Shown here piece after piece: positions 15,032 to 23,862 of a DNA stretch of 64,000 nucleotides. The number at the start of each line of letters is the position of its first letter. The first letter of the stretch is position 1. The translations under genes were made by a program, and so were the position numbers. The DNA is from an uncultured Planctomycetales bacterium (GTDB lineage: Bacteria > Omnitrophota > Gorgyraeia > Zapsychrales > Fredricksoniimonadaceae). The stretch lies in assembly GCA_964483785.1 (NCBI GenBank), contig CAZACW010000003.1:20559-84558 (forward strand), written 5' to 3'. A model generated the notes under the pieces. The model saw only the letters and a program-made list of their open reading frames with translations. It was not told the DNA's origin and did not search any database.

Positions 15032-17036
15032 CTTGATATCCTGAGGCTTGCAAGGTTTGTAAGGTCACCGGCCCCTTGGCCAGGATTTTCCAGGAATTCG
15101 GTATTATACCATAATCCGTCAGGAAATTCCGGACGGTCGAGGGGCTGGTAAAAATGACTCCGTCTATCTTGATCTCGGGCAAAGCGCGCTTGGCCGGCTT
15201 GGTATTTTCATAAATGGTGATTTCCGTGACCTCGGCCCCCTGGGCTTGTAAGGCTTCTTTCAAAAAAGGATTGGGCAGATTTGAGCGCGGCCATAAAATG
15301 GATTTTCCTTTAAGTGTCCATCGCAAAGACATGGCCTTGAACAGGCCTTGCGCGGTTTCTTCCGGAGAGACCAGATCAGCTTCAATGCCGGATTTTTCAA
15401 GCGCCATTTGGGTGCGGCGGCCGATCACTGCAAATTTTTTAGTTTTGAAATCCGTGTTTGGATCAAGGGCCCGTATGGCTTTGATAAAATATTCGCCCGC
15501 ACTCCAGCTGGTGCAGACAATGATCTCGGCCTGCTTAAAACTTTCTTGCAGTGCTTTTGTCTGGGCCTGATTCATGGCCGCAGGCGTGATTTCGATCATG
15601 GGCCAGGACACGATATTCCCCCAGGGTTGATAAGCCTGGGGATGTGTCCCGCAGTGAAGCAGGGTCGGCTTCATTGCAGGTTTATAAAAGTCAATGGTCC
15701 GGCCGGCAAGAATCAGCGCCGGCGGTTTAAGGCCAAGGGCTTTGGCTTCAATGCTCTCAAGGGTGCCTTTGACAATCTGCTCCTTGGCCTTGGTGCCGTT
15801 GGCGATGATCATCATCGGCGTATCCTTGCTCCATCCTGCCTTGCGCAAGGATTGGACGATGGTATTTAATTTGGTCAAGCCCATCAAAAAGACCAGGGTA
15901 TCTGCCTGGGGAAGATGGATGTCCTTGGGATGCTTTTGGTCTTCCTGTTCTTCATGGCCGCTGATAAAGGCCACCGAGGAAGAGATGCCTCTGGCTGTCA
16001 AGGGAATGCCTAAGGCCGAGGGAATGCCGGTGGCAGAACTGACACCGGGAATAATTTCAACTTCAATATGATAGGAGCGCAGATATTGGATCTCATCCGC
16101 TCCCCGGCCGAAAATCAGAGGGTCCCCGCCTTTTAAGCGCACCACATTTTTGCCGGCCATGGCCTTCATTTTAAGCATCCGCGAAAGTTCTTCCTGGGGC
16201 AGCGCCTGCTCACCCTTGCGTTTACCCGCGTAGATGGTTTCAGCTTGAGGCGCGAATTTGAGAAGTTCGGGATCAACCAGATAATCATAGAAAACACAAT
16301 CAGCCGTTTTTAGCGCGTCCACCCCTTTAAGGGTGATCAGGCGGCTGTCCCCTGGCCCGGCACCGACCAGGCTGACCTTGCCGTAATGCCGCCGCACATC
16401 AATGTCCTGAAATAAAACTTCCAAATGCAAATCTTTCCTGCGGCCCACCACAGCCAGCTGGCCTTGCAAAGGCATGGCTTCCCAAGGCAAAAAATCCTTG
16501 ATCCGATGCTCGAGTTTAAGGCGTTTGAGCGCGCAGGCAGCCATCACCAGGCCGTCCAGCTTGCCTTCATCTAATAAGAGCAGGCGTTCCTGGATGGTGC
16601 CGCGGATATGGACAATATCCGCATCGGGCCGCATATGCAGGACCTGATGCTGACGCAAGACGCTGCTGGTGCCGATTTTGGCCCCTGGTTTTAAATCCTG
16701 CCAGGCCATGCGGCTGACCCAGGCGTCCCTGCCATCCATGCCCTTGGTCAAGGCAAAAATTTTCAAGCCCTCCGGCATATTTTGCGGCAGGTCCTTGGCG
16801 CTGTGCACGGCCAGATCAGCCTTATTGCCAAGCAGGGCCTGGTCAATGGCGTCGGTAAAAAAATCATCGCGGCTTTCCGTCAAGGGCGTATGCTTGTCTT
16901 TGTCGCCGCTGGTTTCCATGGTGATCAGCTGAAAATCCAAGGCCCTGCCCTGGATTTTAAGCTCCTGGACAATTTCTTCGACCTGGGCCAAGGCCAAGGG
17001 GCTGAAACGGGAAGCGATTCTAATAGGTTGATTCAT
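15012..17036 (-). CDS. hemC/cobA/hemD: Triple fusion: short hydroxymethylbilane synthase + uroporphyrinogen-III C-methyltransferase + uroporphyrinogen-III synthase
   Basis: HemC motifs RIASR.SPLALAQ, VHSAKD, GTSS, IRG; CobA motifs VGAGPGD, RLKGGDPLIFGRG, PGVSS; HemD motif IFTSPSTV. Start set at MNQPIRI. Confidence 0.9.
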   Translation of the reverse strand: MNQPIRIASRFSPLALAQVEEIVQELKIQGRALDFQLITMETSGDKDKHTPLTESRDDFFTDAIDQALLGNKADLAVHSAKDLPQNMPEGLKIFALTKGMDGRDAWVSRMAWQDLKPGAKIGTSSVLRQHQVLHMRPDADIVHIRGTIQERLLLLDEGKLDGLVMAACALKRLKLEHRIKDFLPWEAMPLQGQLAVVGRRKDLHLEVLFQDIDVRRHYGKVSLVGAGPGDSRLITLKGVDALKTADCVFYDYLVDPELLKFAPQAETIYAGKRKGEQALPQEELSRMLKMKAMAGKNVVRLKGGDPLIFGRGADEIQYLRSYHIEVEIIPGVSSATGIPSALGIPLTARGISSSVAFISGHEEQEDQKHPKDIHLPQADTLVFLMGLTKLNTIVQSLRKAGWSKDTPMMIIANGTKAKEQIVKGTLESIEAKALGLKPPALILAGRTIDFYKPAMKPTLLHCGTHPQAYQPWGNIVSWPMIEITPAAMNQAQTKALQESFKQAEIIVCTSWSAGEYFIKAIRALDPNTDFKTKKFAVIGRRTQMALEKSGIEADLVSPEETAQGLFKAMSLRWTLKGKSILWPRSNLPNPFLKEALQAQGAEVTEITIYENTKPAKRALPEIKIDGVIFTSPSTVRNFLTDYGIIPNSWKILAKGPVTLQTLQASGYQDAVSLS

Positions 17037-17050
17037 AGAGGATATTATAC

Positions 17051-17315
17051 AACGTGAGTTCGACATATTGAGAAAGGCATGCAAGGATATGTTTTTGATA
17101 AAGCGATGTGCTTTTCCCCCCAGGCGCGCAGAGACCCATCACAACCCCCGGGGGTTGTGATGGTATCCATGCGTACCGTCGGGTGGCCGAGGGAGGGGCA
17201 TCGCCCGTTGAGCGAGGCTTTTGCGAGCGAAACGGGGATACCCGAGGCCAGGACCCGACGGTCTGCTAAACATGTCCTTGCGTGCCTATAGATAGCGTTA
17301 TGTCGAACTGACGTT
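17051..17315. mobile_element. MITE-like non-autonomous element with nested hairpins
   Basis: 17-bp terminal inverted repeats AACGTGAGTTCGACATA / TATGTCGAACTGACGTT (16/17 match), flanked by direct repeat ATAC (17047-50, 17316-19). Internal inverted repeats 17075-17094/17268-17287 and 17175-17184/17253-17262. No transposase. Confidence 0.65.
17136..17163. repeat. REP-like palindrome, copy 1
   Basis: Perfect 28-bp palindrome CCATCACAACCCCCGGGGGTTGTGATGG. Confidence 0.85.
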
Positions 17316-17372
17316 ATACAAGAATTGGGAGGACACAATACTGAATTCAATCGTCGGGCCTTTAGGAGCCCC

Positions 17373-18566
17373 CTAAGGCGCTACATACTTATCGACCACA
17401 TAGCTTGCGAAAGGCAGGGAACAGGTCAGGGCCGGCGAGACAGCATTGAGCACATGGACGCTTTGTCCATCGCCCTCCACCACGAAATCCTGGACCAAAT
17501 TTAAAGTTGTGCGGTTAAGCAATTGGGCCCGGATCCCGGGCTTGGTCCAGTCCGTGAAGCCTTCAGGGTCAATGCGCTTGACCATGGATTGGGCCAGGCC
17601 GATGAAATATTTTTTGTCGTATTTGCGCATTTCTTCATGGGCCAGGGCGCGGAAATTAAAGGCATTGCTTGCGTACAGCTTGGTTTCGTAGAAAAGCACT
17701 TCGGACATTTCTTTAAAATCGAATCCGTGCCGGATATCGTAATTTTCGCGCCAAAACGCCGGGATCGCGGTGGGGCCGATTTTAATGTCGCCATTGACGG
17801 TCTTGGTAAAATGCACGCCTAAAAAAGGGTTTTTTAAATTTGGGACCGGATAAACATGGACGGAAACATCGTCCTTATTTTTAGTGTATTTCAGATAAAG
17901 GCCTTTGAAAGGGACCATGGTGTAACGTTTTCCAAATCCGAAATCCTGGGCCACCTTGTCCGCGTAAAGCCCGGCGCAATTGATGATCTTATCGCCCAAG
18001 AAATCGCCTTGCCGGGTATGGATGAGATTACGGGTATGTCCCAAATATTTGGTATTGAATGAGAATTCCACATCCTTTTGCATTAAATCCTCTTTGAGGC
18101 TGGCGCAGACCTGCACAGGGTCAATGCTGGCCGTATCCGGGGAATACAAGGCCTGCTTAAAGGTTTTGACATTAGGGTCTATGGCTGACACCTCTTCTTC
18201 TGTGATCAACCGCACATTGGAACCATTGGCCTTGCCCCGGCGCAAAAGCTCCTGCAGTTGGGACAATTCTTCCTCATTTTGGGCGACCACTAATTTTCCG
18301 CACGCATTCAGGCTCAAGCCCTTGGATTGCACATAGGCCCGCAGGGCCTTGTTGCCTTCCACGGTGAATCTGGCTTTCAGGGAATCAGCCGTATAATAAA
18401 AACCGGCGTGCAGAACACCGCTGTTGCGGCCTGAGGCATGCATGGCCTGGGCCTCTTCTTTGTCCAGAATGAGGATTTTGGCCATGGGCTTGCGCGCCTT
18501 AAGGGCACGCGCCATGGCCAGTCCTATGATGCCGGAACCAATGATGATAAAATCATAATTTTTCAT
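17373..18566 (-). CDS. lhgO: L-2-hydroxyglutarate oxidase family FAD oxidoreductase
   Basis: GSGIIG, HASGRNSGVLHAGFYY, YPVPNLKNPFLGVHFT, GIRAQ, NAVSPALT. Start set at MKNYDF. Confidence 0.9.
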   Translation of the reverse strand: MKNYDFIIIGSGIIGLAMARALKARKPMAKILILDKEEAQAMHASGRNSGVLHAGFYYTADSLKARFTVEGNKALRAYVQSKGLSLNACGKLVVAQNEEELSQLQELLRRGKANGSNVRLITEEEVSAIDPNVKTFKQALYSPDTASIDPVQVCASLKEDLMQKDVEFSFNTKYLGHTRNLIHTRQGDFLGDKIINCAGLYADKVAQDFGFGKRYTMVPFKGLYLKYTKNKDDVSVHVYPVPNLKNPFLGVHFTKTVNGDIKIGPTAIPAFWRENYDIRHGFDFKEMSEVLFYETKLYASNAFNFRALAHEEMRKYDKKYFIGLAQSMVKRIDPEGFTDWTKPGIRAQLLNRTTLNLVQDFVVEGDGQSVHVLNAVSPALTCSLPFASYVVDKYVAP

Positions 18567-18597
18567 ATGTGAGGTTAATTTTGCTAAAATAACGTCG

Positions 18598-18626
18598 ACC
18601 ATCACAACCCCGGGGGTTGTGGAGGT
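18598..18626. repeat. REP-like palindrome, copy 2 (imperfect)
   Basis: ACCATCACAACCCCGGGGGTTGTGGAGGT. Confidence 0.8.
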
Positions 18627-18668
18627 TAAAATGAGAAAACAAATTATATCATTAAGAGGGAGGATTCG

Positions 18669-18944
18669 ATGAATAAATTAACTTTTGGCTTAAGTTCGAT
18701 CATCGTGGCCCTGAGTTTTTGTTTGGGGACTGCCATCAACAGCCGGGCCCAGGACAAAAGCTTCTCAGGCGTTATACCCTTTGTGACCAGCAATGACCGG
18801 GTCGGGTTTTTAGACCAAAACAACGGCAAGGTCTATGTCTATGACAATAATCTGGGATCGTGCGTGTTCACCGGCCAGATCCAAACCCTGGGGGCACCGA
18901 TCCAAGTGATATCTTCACCTGCGGTAAACACCGTCAATCCATGA
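18669..18944 (+). CDS. Small secreted hypothetical protein
   Basis: Strong RBS (GAGGGAGGA), signal-peptide-like N-terminus, ATGA overlap with the next gene. Confidence 0.7.
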   Translation: MNKLTFGLSSIIVALSFCLGTAINSRAQDKSFSGVIPFVTSNDRVGFLDQNNGKVYVYDNNLGSCVFTGQIQTLGAPIQVISSPAVNTVNP

Positions 18945-19168
18945 GCCGCAAACATCCCTTTACCATGCGGGTCAAGCCGGGCCGTTACGTTTGGTGCAGC
19001 TGCGTTGAATCCAAGCGACTGCCTTTTTGCGACGGGTCCCATGTCCGGACCGGCAGTACGCCGATGTTTGTCGAGATCACGCAAGAGCAGGAAGTTTCCT
19101 GGTGCGGCTGTAAGATGAGCGCCAAAAAACCGTTTTGCGACGGGACCCACGAACGCGCGGGATCATAG
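18941..19168 (+). CDS. Tandem CDGSH iron-sulfur domain protein (MiNT-like)
   Basis: WCSC..SKRLPFCDGSH and WCGC..SAKKPFCDGTH. Start set at MSRKHP. Confidence 0.92.
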   Translation: MSRKHPFTMRVKPGRYVWCSCVESKRLPFCDGSHVRTGSTPMFVEITQEQEVSWCGCKMSAKKPFCDGTHERAGS

Positions 19169-20134
19169 CAGGCTGTGGGCGGTTGATGAGGCAATGTCTT
19201 TAAGGGCTTTAAGCAATTGCCGGCCGTGGGTGTTCAGGCGGCTGTGGGTGCTGCGGGTAGAAAGATTCATCACTCCTAAAATTTCTTTGTTGTTTCTGAT
19301 GATGGGCACAATCAGCGCACATTTTAATTCCGGCTTAATCATCAAATGACGGATGCGGTTATTTTGACCTTGGGCCTGGACCATCATCGGCTTTTTGCTT
19401 TGGGCCGCCAAACCTGCGATACCCTCCCCTAATTTGATGCCCACGCCCTGGGCCTTGCCCAGATTCATGCCCTTGACCATTTGAACATTCAGCTCATCCG
19501 TGCGTTTGTTAAACACCATCAGCGACCCGCATTCAGCCTGGGTCAAGGCCATGGACAATTCCAATAAATTTTTGAACACGGATAAGGACGCCGGGGATGG
19601 TTTGAAGGCAGTGACAGGCGCATCGGTTTCCTTGGACATGATCCTTAAGGCATACTGGGACAATTCCGCAAAAAGATCGAGCATGGATTTCAAGCCGTTA
19701 AAGGTCACGGCCCTGATCTCATTTAAAGAAGCCAGAAATTCCGCGGGATCAGCCCCAAGATCTTGGGCCATGGCCTTGTATTGGGCATGTTCCAAGGGTT
19801 TGTTGATGATCACCGGGCCTATAATCAAATAGGCCAAATGGTCCAGGCCGGCCGCGGCCATGGGAACAGCGAAATAATGCAGGCCAAGCTGGTCCGCGGC
19901 CTTTAAATAAGGGCCCTCTTTTTGGAATTGGGAAAGAAAACCGGATCCTCCAAGGCCCTGAAAAGCGCCCCAGCGCAAGGCCGCCTGTATGCCGTGGCCG
20001 CTGTTTTGCGGTGCTAAGATCGGCCTGCCTTCAGAGTCCGTCATCATGATATGGATGCGCAGCACATCCATAAAATTCACAAGGATCTGGCCTAATTGGG
20101 GACTGGCCTGGATTTTATCAATGATCATTTTCAT
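19163..20134 (-). CDS. PocR-like sensor + GAF domain protein, no output domain
   Basis: N-terminal half GLHYFAVP...YLIIGPV (PocR-like). C-terminal half GSLM...LGEGIAG...LIVPI...LGVMNL (GAF). Confidence 0.7.
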   Translation of the reverse strand: MKMIIDKIQASPQLGQILVNFMDVLRIHIMMTDSEGRPILAPQNSGHGIQAALRWGAFQGLGGSGFLSQFQKEGPYLKAADQLGLHYFAVPMAAAGLDHLAYLIIGPVIINKPLEHAQYKAMAQDLGADPAEFLASLNEIRAVTFNGLKSMLDLFAELSQYALRIMSKETDAPVTAFKPSPASLSVFKNLLELSMALTQAECGSLMVFNKRTDELNVQMVKGMNLGKAQGVGIKLGEGIAGLAAQSKKPMMVQAQGQNNRIRHLMIKPELKCALIVPIIRNNKEILGVMNLSTRSTHSRLNTHGRQLLKALKDIASSTAHSLL

Positions 20135-21503
20135 CGGTCAGCGGTATCCCGTATTTTTTCATATTATTGTAAAGCGTGGTGCGGTTGATCCCCAGTTTTT
20201 GCGCGGTCTTGCTGCGGTTGCCATGGCAGTCTTTCAAGGCCTTAAGAATAATGTCCTTGGCCGGACCCTTTAATCCTTCCTGAAGTGATTTAGGCTCAGC
20301 CTTGATTTTGCTGTTGACGAAATTTTTAGGTAAATCTTCCTTGCCGATCATTTTCTTTTTGGCGATAATGGCCGCCCCTTCAATGACGTTTTCCAATTGG
20401 CGCACATTGCCGGGCCAGGCATGGGTCTCAAACAAGGCCTGGACTTCCTCATCAATGCCGGTGATGCTTTTATGGTTTTTGTGGTTGGAGGCTTCGATGA
20501 AATGCTTGACCAGCAGGGAAATATCTTCCCGGCGCTCCCTTAAAGGAGGCATGTGCAAAGGCAGGACATGGATGCGGTAATACAGGTCTTCCCGGAAAGA
20601 GCCTTCTTCAACGAGCTGTTCTAAGTCCTGATTGGAAGCCACGATGACCCGGGCATTGGTCTTTAACGTCTGGGTGTCCCCCACCCTTTCAAAACCGCCG
20701 TCCTGCAGAATGCGCAGCAATTTCACCTGCAGATTGGGCGAACAGGAATTGATTTCATCTAAGAAGATGGTGCCGTTTTGGGCCATTTCAAAGCGGCCTT
20801 TTTTGTCCTTGATGGCGCCGGTAAAGGCCCCTTTGACATGGCCGAACAATTCGCTCTCCAGCAAGGTCTCGGAGAGGGCGCCGCAGCTGACCTCCACAAA
20901 GGGCATGCGGCGGCGTTTGGAGTCATTGTCGTGCACAGCCCTGGCTGCCAGGCCCTTGCCCGTGCCGCTTTCTCCGGTGATCATGATGGTCGCGTTGGTA
21001 TCAGCGACGGATTCGATAAGGCTGTACACCGATTGGATGGCACTGCTGCGGCCGATCATGCCGAAAAAAGAGCCGGCCTTGGCCTTGGGGCCGTGCTGAC
21101 GCAGCTGCTGGCTTTCCTGCAGCAGGCGCTTCTTCTCGATGATTTTGGCCATCAGGTCCTTGACCTGGTCATCCACGATCGGCTTGGTGATGTAATCAAA
21201 GGCGCCCATTTTCATGGCTTCCACCGCCGAAGCGATGCTGCCGTAGCCGGTGATCAGGACCACCTCGGTCAAGGGCGAGGTCTTCTTAATGAAGGCCAAA
21301 AGGTCAAGCCCGCTTTTATCCGGCAATTTCATGTCCGTCATAACAATGTCAAAGGAGCGCTGGGCCGCAAGATGCGAAGCTTCCTGGACGCTGGAGGCCA
21401 TGGCCGCGTCAAAGCCCGCGATCTTCATGGTTTCATACAAGGACTTGCGGATCAAAGGCTCATCATCGACGATCAGGATGGAGTAGGGGTTTAGGCTCAT
21501 CAT
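20118..21503 (-). CDS. Sigma54-dependent response regulator (NtrC family)
   Basis: REC domain (VDDE, TDMKLP), GESGTGK, GAFTGA, FREDLYYR, WPGNVRQLEN, Fis-type HTH. Confidence 0.96.
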   Translation of the reverse strand: MMSLNPYSILIVDDEPLIRKSLYETMKIAGFDAAMASSVQEASHLAAQRSFDIVMTDMKLPDKSGLDLLAFIKKTSPLTEVVLITGYGSIASAVEAMKMGAFDYITKPIVDDQVKDLMAKIIEKKRLLQESQQLRQHGPKAKAGSFFGMIGRSSAIQSVYSLIESVADTNATIMITGESGTGKGLAARAVHDNDSKRRRMPFVEVSCGALSETLLESELFGHVKGAFTGAIKDKKGRFEMAQNGTIFLDEINSCSPNLQVKLLRILQDGGFERVGDTQTLKTNARVIVASNQDLEQLVEEGSFREDLYYRIHVLPLHMPPLRERREDISLLVKHFIEASNHKNHKSITGIDEEVQALFETHAWPGNVRQLENVIEGAAIIAKKKMIGKEDLPKNFVNSKIKAEPKSLQEGLKGPAKDIILKALKDCHGNRSKTAQKLGINRTTLYNNMKKYGIPLTDENDH

Positions 21504-22696
21504 GGGGCCTCGGCCAGGGGCAGTTTGATGCTGAAGGTCGTCCCTTCCTTCAAACGGCTTTTGACCTTGATTTTTCCATTATACAATTTGACGATTTCAT
21601 TGACCACGGTCAAGCCTAAGCCGCAGCCTTTGTCAATGTCCTTGGTGGTAAAAAACGGCTCGAAAATTTTGTCTAAATCAGCGGCCGTGATGCCGTGCCC
21701 GGTATCGGTGATGGCAATTTTGATAAACCCGTCTTCCGTCAGGGTGCGGATTTCGATGCAGCCGTTTTTGTCAATGGCATCAATGGCGTTTTTGATCAAA
21801 TTGCTGAAAACGCGCTCCAGGCCCCAGTCCGTTATTTCAGGGACATTGTGCGCGAAATGCTTGACGAGCTTGATGTTTTTGGCGGCCAGGTACGGATAAA
21901 GTTCCTTAAGGGCACCCTCGATGGTTTTATGGATATCGGCCTTGCGGGCGCTTTCAGGGGATTGGCGCGCGCAGGCCAGCAGGTTTTTGACGATATTGGC
22001 CATGCGTTTAAGGCCCATCTGCACCTCGGTCAAGTATTCTTTTAAGACCTCATCGTTTTGAGCGTGAGACATGCACAGATGATTGTAGCGCATCACCCCG
22101 TCTAAAGGATTGTTGAATTCATGGGCGATCCCTCCTGCCAATTTGCCGAGGGAGACCAGCCGCTCCTGCGATTCGATCTGCTTTTTCAATCCGCTGGTCT
22201 CCTCGCGGGCATGGCCCAATTGATGGGCCATCACGATGCGCTGATAATTAAGCGCAATTTGGTTCGACAAAAAATCCAACAGCTGGTGTTCCCGGTGGGT
22301 AAATGGTTTGGGAGGATTTTTGGCGTAAATGTGCACACTGCCCGTCAGCTTGTCCTTGATCATCAAGGGCGAAGCTATCGCGGTTTTGCTTCTATAGCCT
22401 TTGCCCGGGCCTAAGGTTTTAAGCAATTCCTCTTGATCGTTGTCTTTAAGGCCCACCGAGGCCTTAAGAAGCATCTGGTGGGTCTGGGGATCCAGCAGAA
22501 AAATGGCCCCGCGCCGGGCCTTGAAGACCGGCAAGGTGCTTTGTAAGGCGTCTTTGAAAAGATGCTGGGTGTCGATGGATTCTGAACACAGCACACAGAC
22601 CGCATTGATTTTTTCAAGAAGATTCGACAGCGGAGACGGCGCTTTGTGCTTTTTGAGGGGCATAATCCTGGCTGAGGCAGTCAATGTGTCTATCAT
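21500..22696 (-). CDS. Cytoplasmic GAF-sensor histidine kinase (start uncertain, 22663 or 22696)
   Basis: H-box AHEFNNPL, N-box NLIKNAIDA, DTGHG, FEPFFTTK, GLGL. No clear TM segment. Confidence 0.9.
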   Translation of the reverse strand: MIDTLTASARIMPLKKHKAPSPLSNLLEKINAVCVLCSESIDTQHLFKDALQSTLPVFKARRGAIFLLDPQTHQMLLKASVGLKDNDQEELLKTLGPGKGYRSKTAIASPLMIKDKLTGSVHIYAKNPPKPFTHREHQLLDFLSNQIALNYQRIVMAHQLGHAREETSGLKKQIESQERLVSLGKLAGGIAHEFNNPLDGVMRYNHLCMSHAQNDEVLKEYLTEVQMGLKRMANIVKNLLACARQSPESARKADIHKTIEGALKELYPYLAAKNIKLVKHFAHNVPEITDWGLERVFSNLIKNAIDAIDKNGCIEIRTLTEDGFIKIAITDTGHGITAADLDKIFEPFFTTKDIDKGCGLGLTVVNEIVKLYNGKIKVKSRLKEGTTFSIKLPLAEAP

Positions 22697-22819
22697 ATTA
22701 TCGTCAAATGAAAGGATCGTCAAACATCGAATGCATAAAAAAAGCAGACCTTTCACAAGGACTGCTTTGCATCACAGGTCTATAGGGTAAAATCAGGGGT
22801 TGTGTAGTGTATTAAAGGG

Positions 22820-23623
22820 TCACCGGGCGCCGAAGCCGGTCAAAATGACCCGGAATGTGCGCAAGATGATCCTGATATCGGTCAGGAAGCTGATGTTCTT
22901 GATGTAGAGGATATCGTATTTGACTTTTTTGCGCACATCCGCGATGGTCTCATCGTAGCGGTGGTGCACTTGGGCCAGGCCGGTGATGCCGGGTTTGACT
23001 CTCAGGCGTTTTTTGTAATCACCGATTTGGCCTTCCAATTGCTTGACAAATACCGGGCGCTCAGGCCTGGGGCCGATAACGCTCATCTCCCCTTTTAACA
23101 CATTGATAAATTGAGGGATCTCATCCAGACGGCTTTTGCGCAAAAATTGGCCGATGGGTGTGATTCTTTTGTCCTTGGCCTTGGCCCAAACAGGCCCTGA
23201 ATCTTTTTCCGCATCGATATTCATGGTGCGGAATTTATAGATTTCAAAATTTTTGCCGTCCTTGCCGGAGCGGATCTGGCTGTAAAAAATCGGACCTTTG
23301 GAGCTGAGCTTAATCAAAGCCGCAACCAACAGGCAGATAGGAGATAAAAGCACCAGACAAACGCAGGAAATGAGGATATCCATGATTCTTTTGGAGACAT
23401 GATAGGCCCTTCTTAAAAAAGCCACGATCATGGTCAAGACGCCGCTGCCGAAAAGCAGAAAGCTGGAAGGTTCAGGGGCCCGGGAATGGGGCTGGGCGAG
23501 CAAGGCATTGGCCTTATGCACGGCAACCGTGGCGGCCCAGGCATGGGCGTCCATGCCAAGCACAGCGATTAAGGCTGCTCCGAAACAAATAAAAGCCATG
23601 GTTTTAGAGGTCGATTTCATCAT
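22820..23623 (-). CDS. Priming phosphoglycosyl transferase (Bac_transf) with N-terminal signal peptide + PEP-CTERM motif
   Basis: KRIMD..SP re-entrant helix, YKFRTM, RLDEIPQFINVLKGEMS.IGPRPERP, KPGITGLAQV. N-terminal part contains APEPSSFLLFGSGVLTMIVAFLRR. Confidence 0.92.
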   Translation of the reverse strand: MMKSTSKTMAFICFGAALIAVLGMDAHAWAATVAVHKANALLAQPHSRAPEPSSFLLFGSGVLTMIVAFLRRAYHVSKRIMDILISCVCLVLLSPICLLVAALIKLSSKGPIFYSQIRSGKDGKNFEIYKFRTMNIDAEKDSGPVWAKAKDKRITPIGQFLRKSRLDEIPQFINVLKGEMSVIGPRPERPVFVKQLEGQIGDYKKRLRVKPGITGLAQVHHRYDETIADVRKKVKYDILYIKNISFLTDIRIILRTFRVILTGFGAR

Positions 23624-23671
23624 TTTTGCTGTTTTTAGAGATTAAAAATTTGGCTTACATTAGGGTATAGC

Positions 23672-23688
23672 AGCAATTACCGTGCCAA
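23672..23688 (-). promoter_or_regulatory. Sigma54 -24/-12 promoter
   Basis: Minus strand reads TTGGCACGGTAATTGCT (TGGCAC-N5-TTGC), about 50 bp upstream of the PGT start, inside an AT-rich intergenic region. Confidence 0.88.
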
Positions 23689-23862
23689 ACCGCTAAAATC
23701 GCGCAAAATATTTAAATTTTTATAACTTGATTATTTCCAGTATGATAGAGAATAAATATAAAAATAAGATTAAAATCCCATAAAAAATACGTTCAAATAA
23801 GCAAAATAGAGGTATTTAAATGTATAAGTTTTTCAACACCCTATGTCTGATTTGACTTTATA

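Noticed and set aside
17045-17350. 101-aa and 70-aa ORFs in the hemC-lhgO spacer
   Set aside because: They overlap the inverted-repeat element, show no protein motif and have no transposase features.
17136-18626. Palindromic repeats as a possible CRISPR array
   Set aside because: Copies are dispersed kilobases apart, with no regular spacers and no cas genes.
22795-22808. GGGGTTGTG half-match to the palindrome family
   Set aside because: Only 9 bp, with no partner arm.
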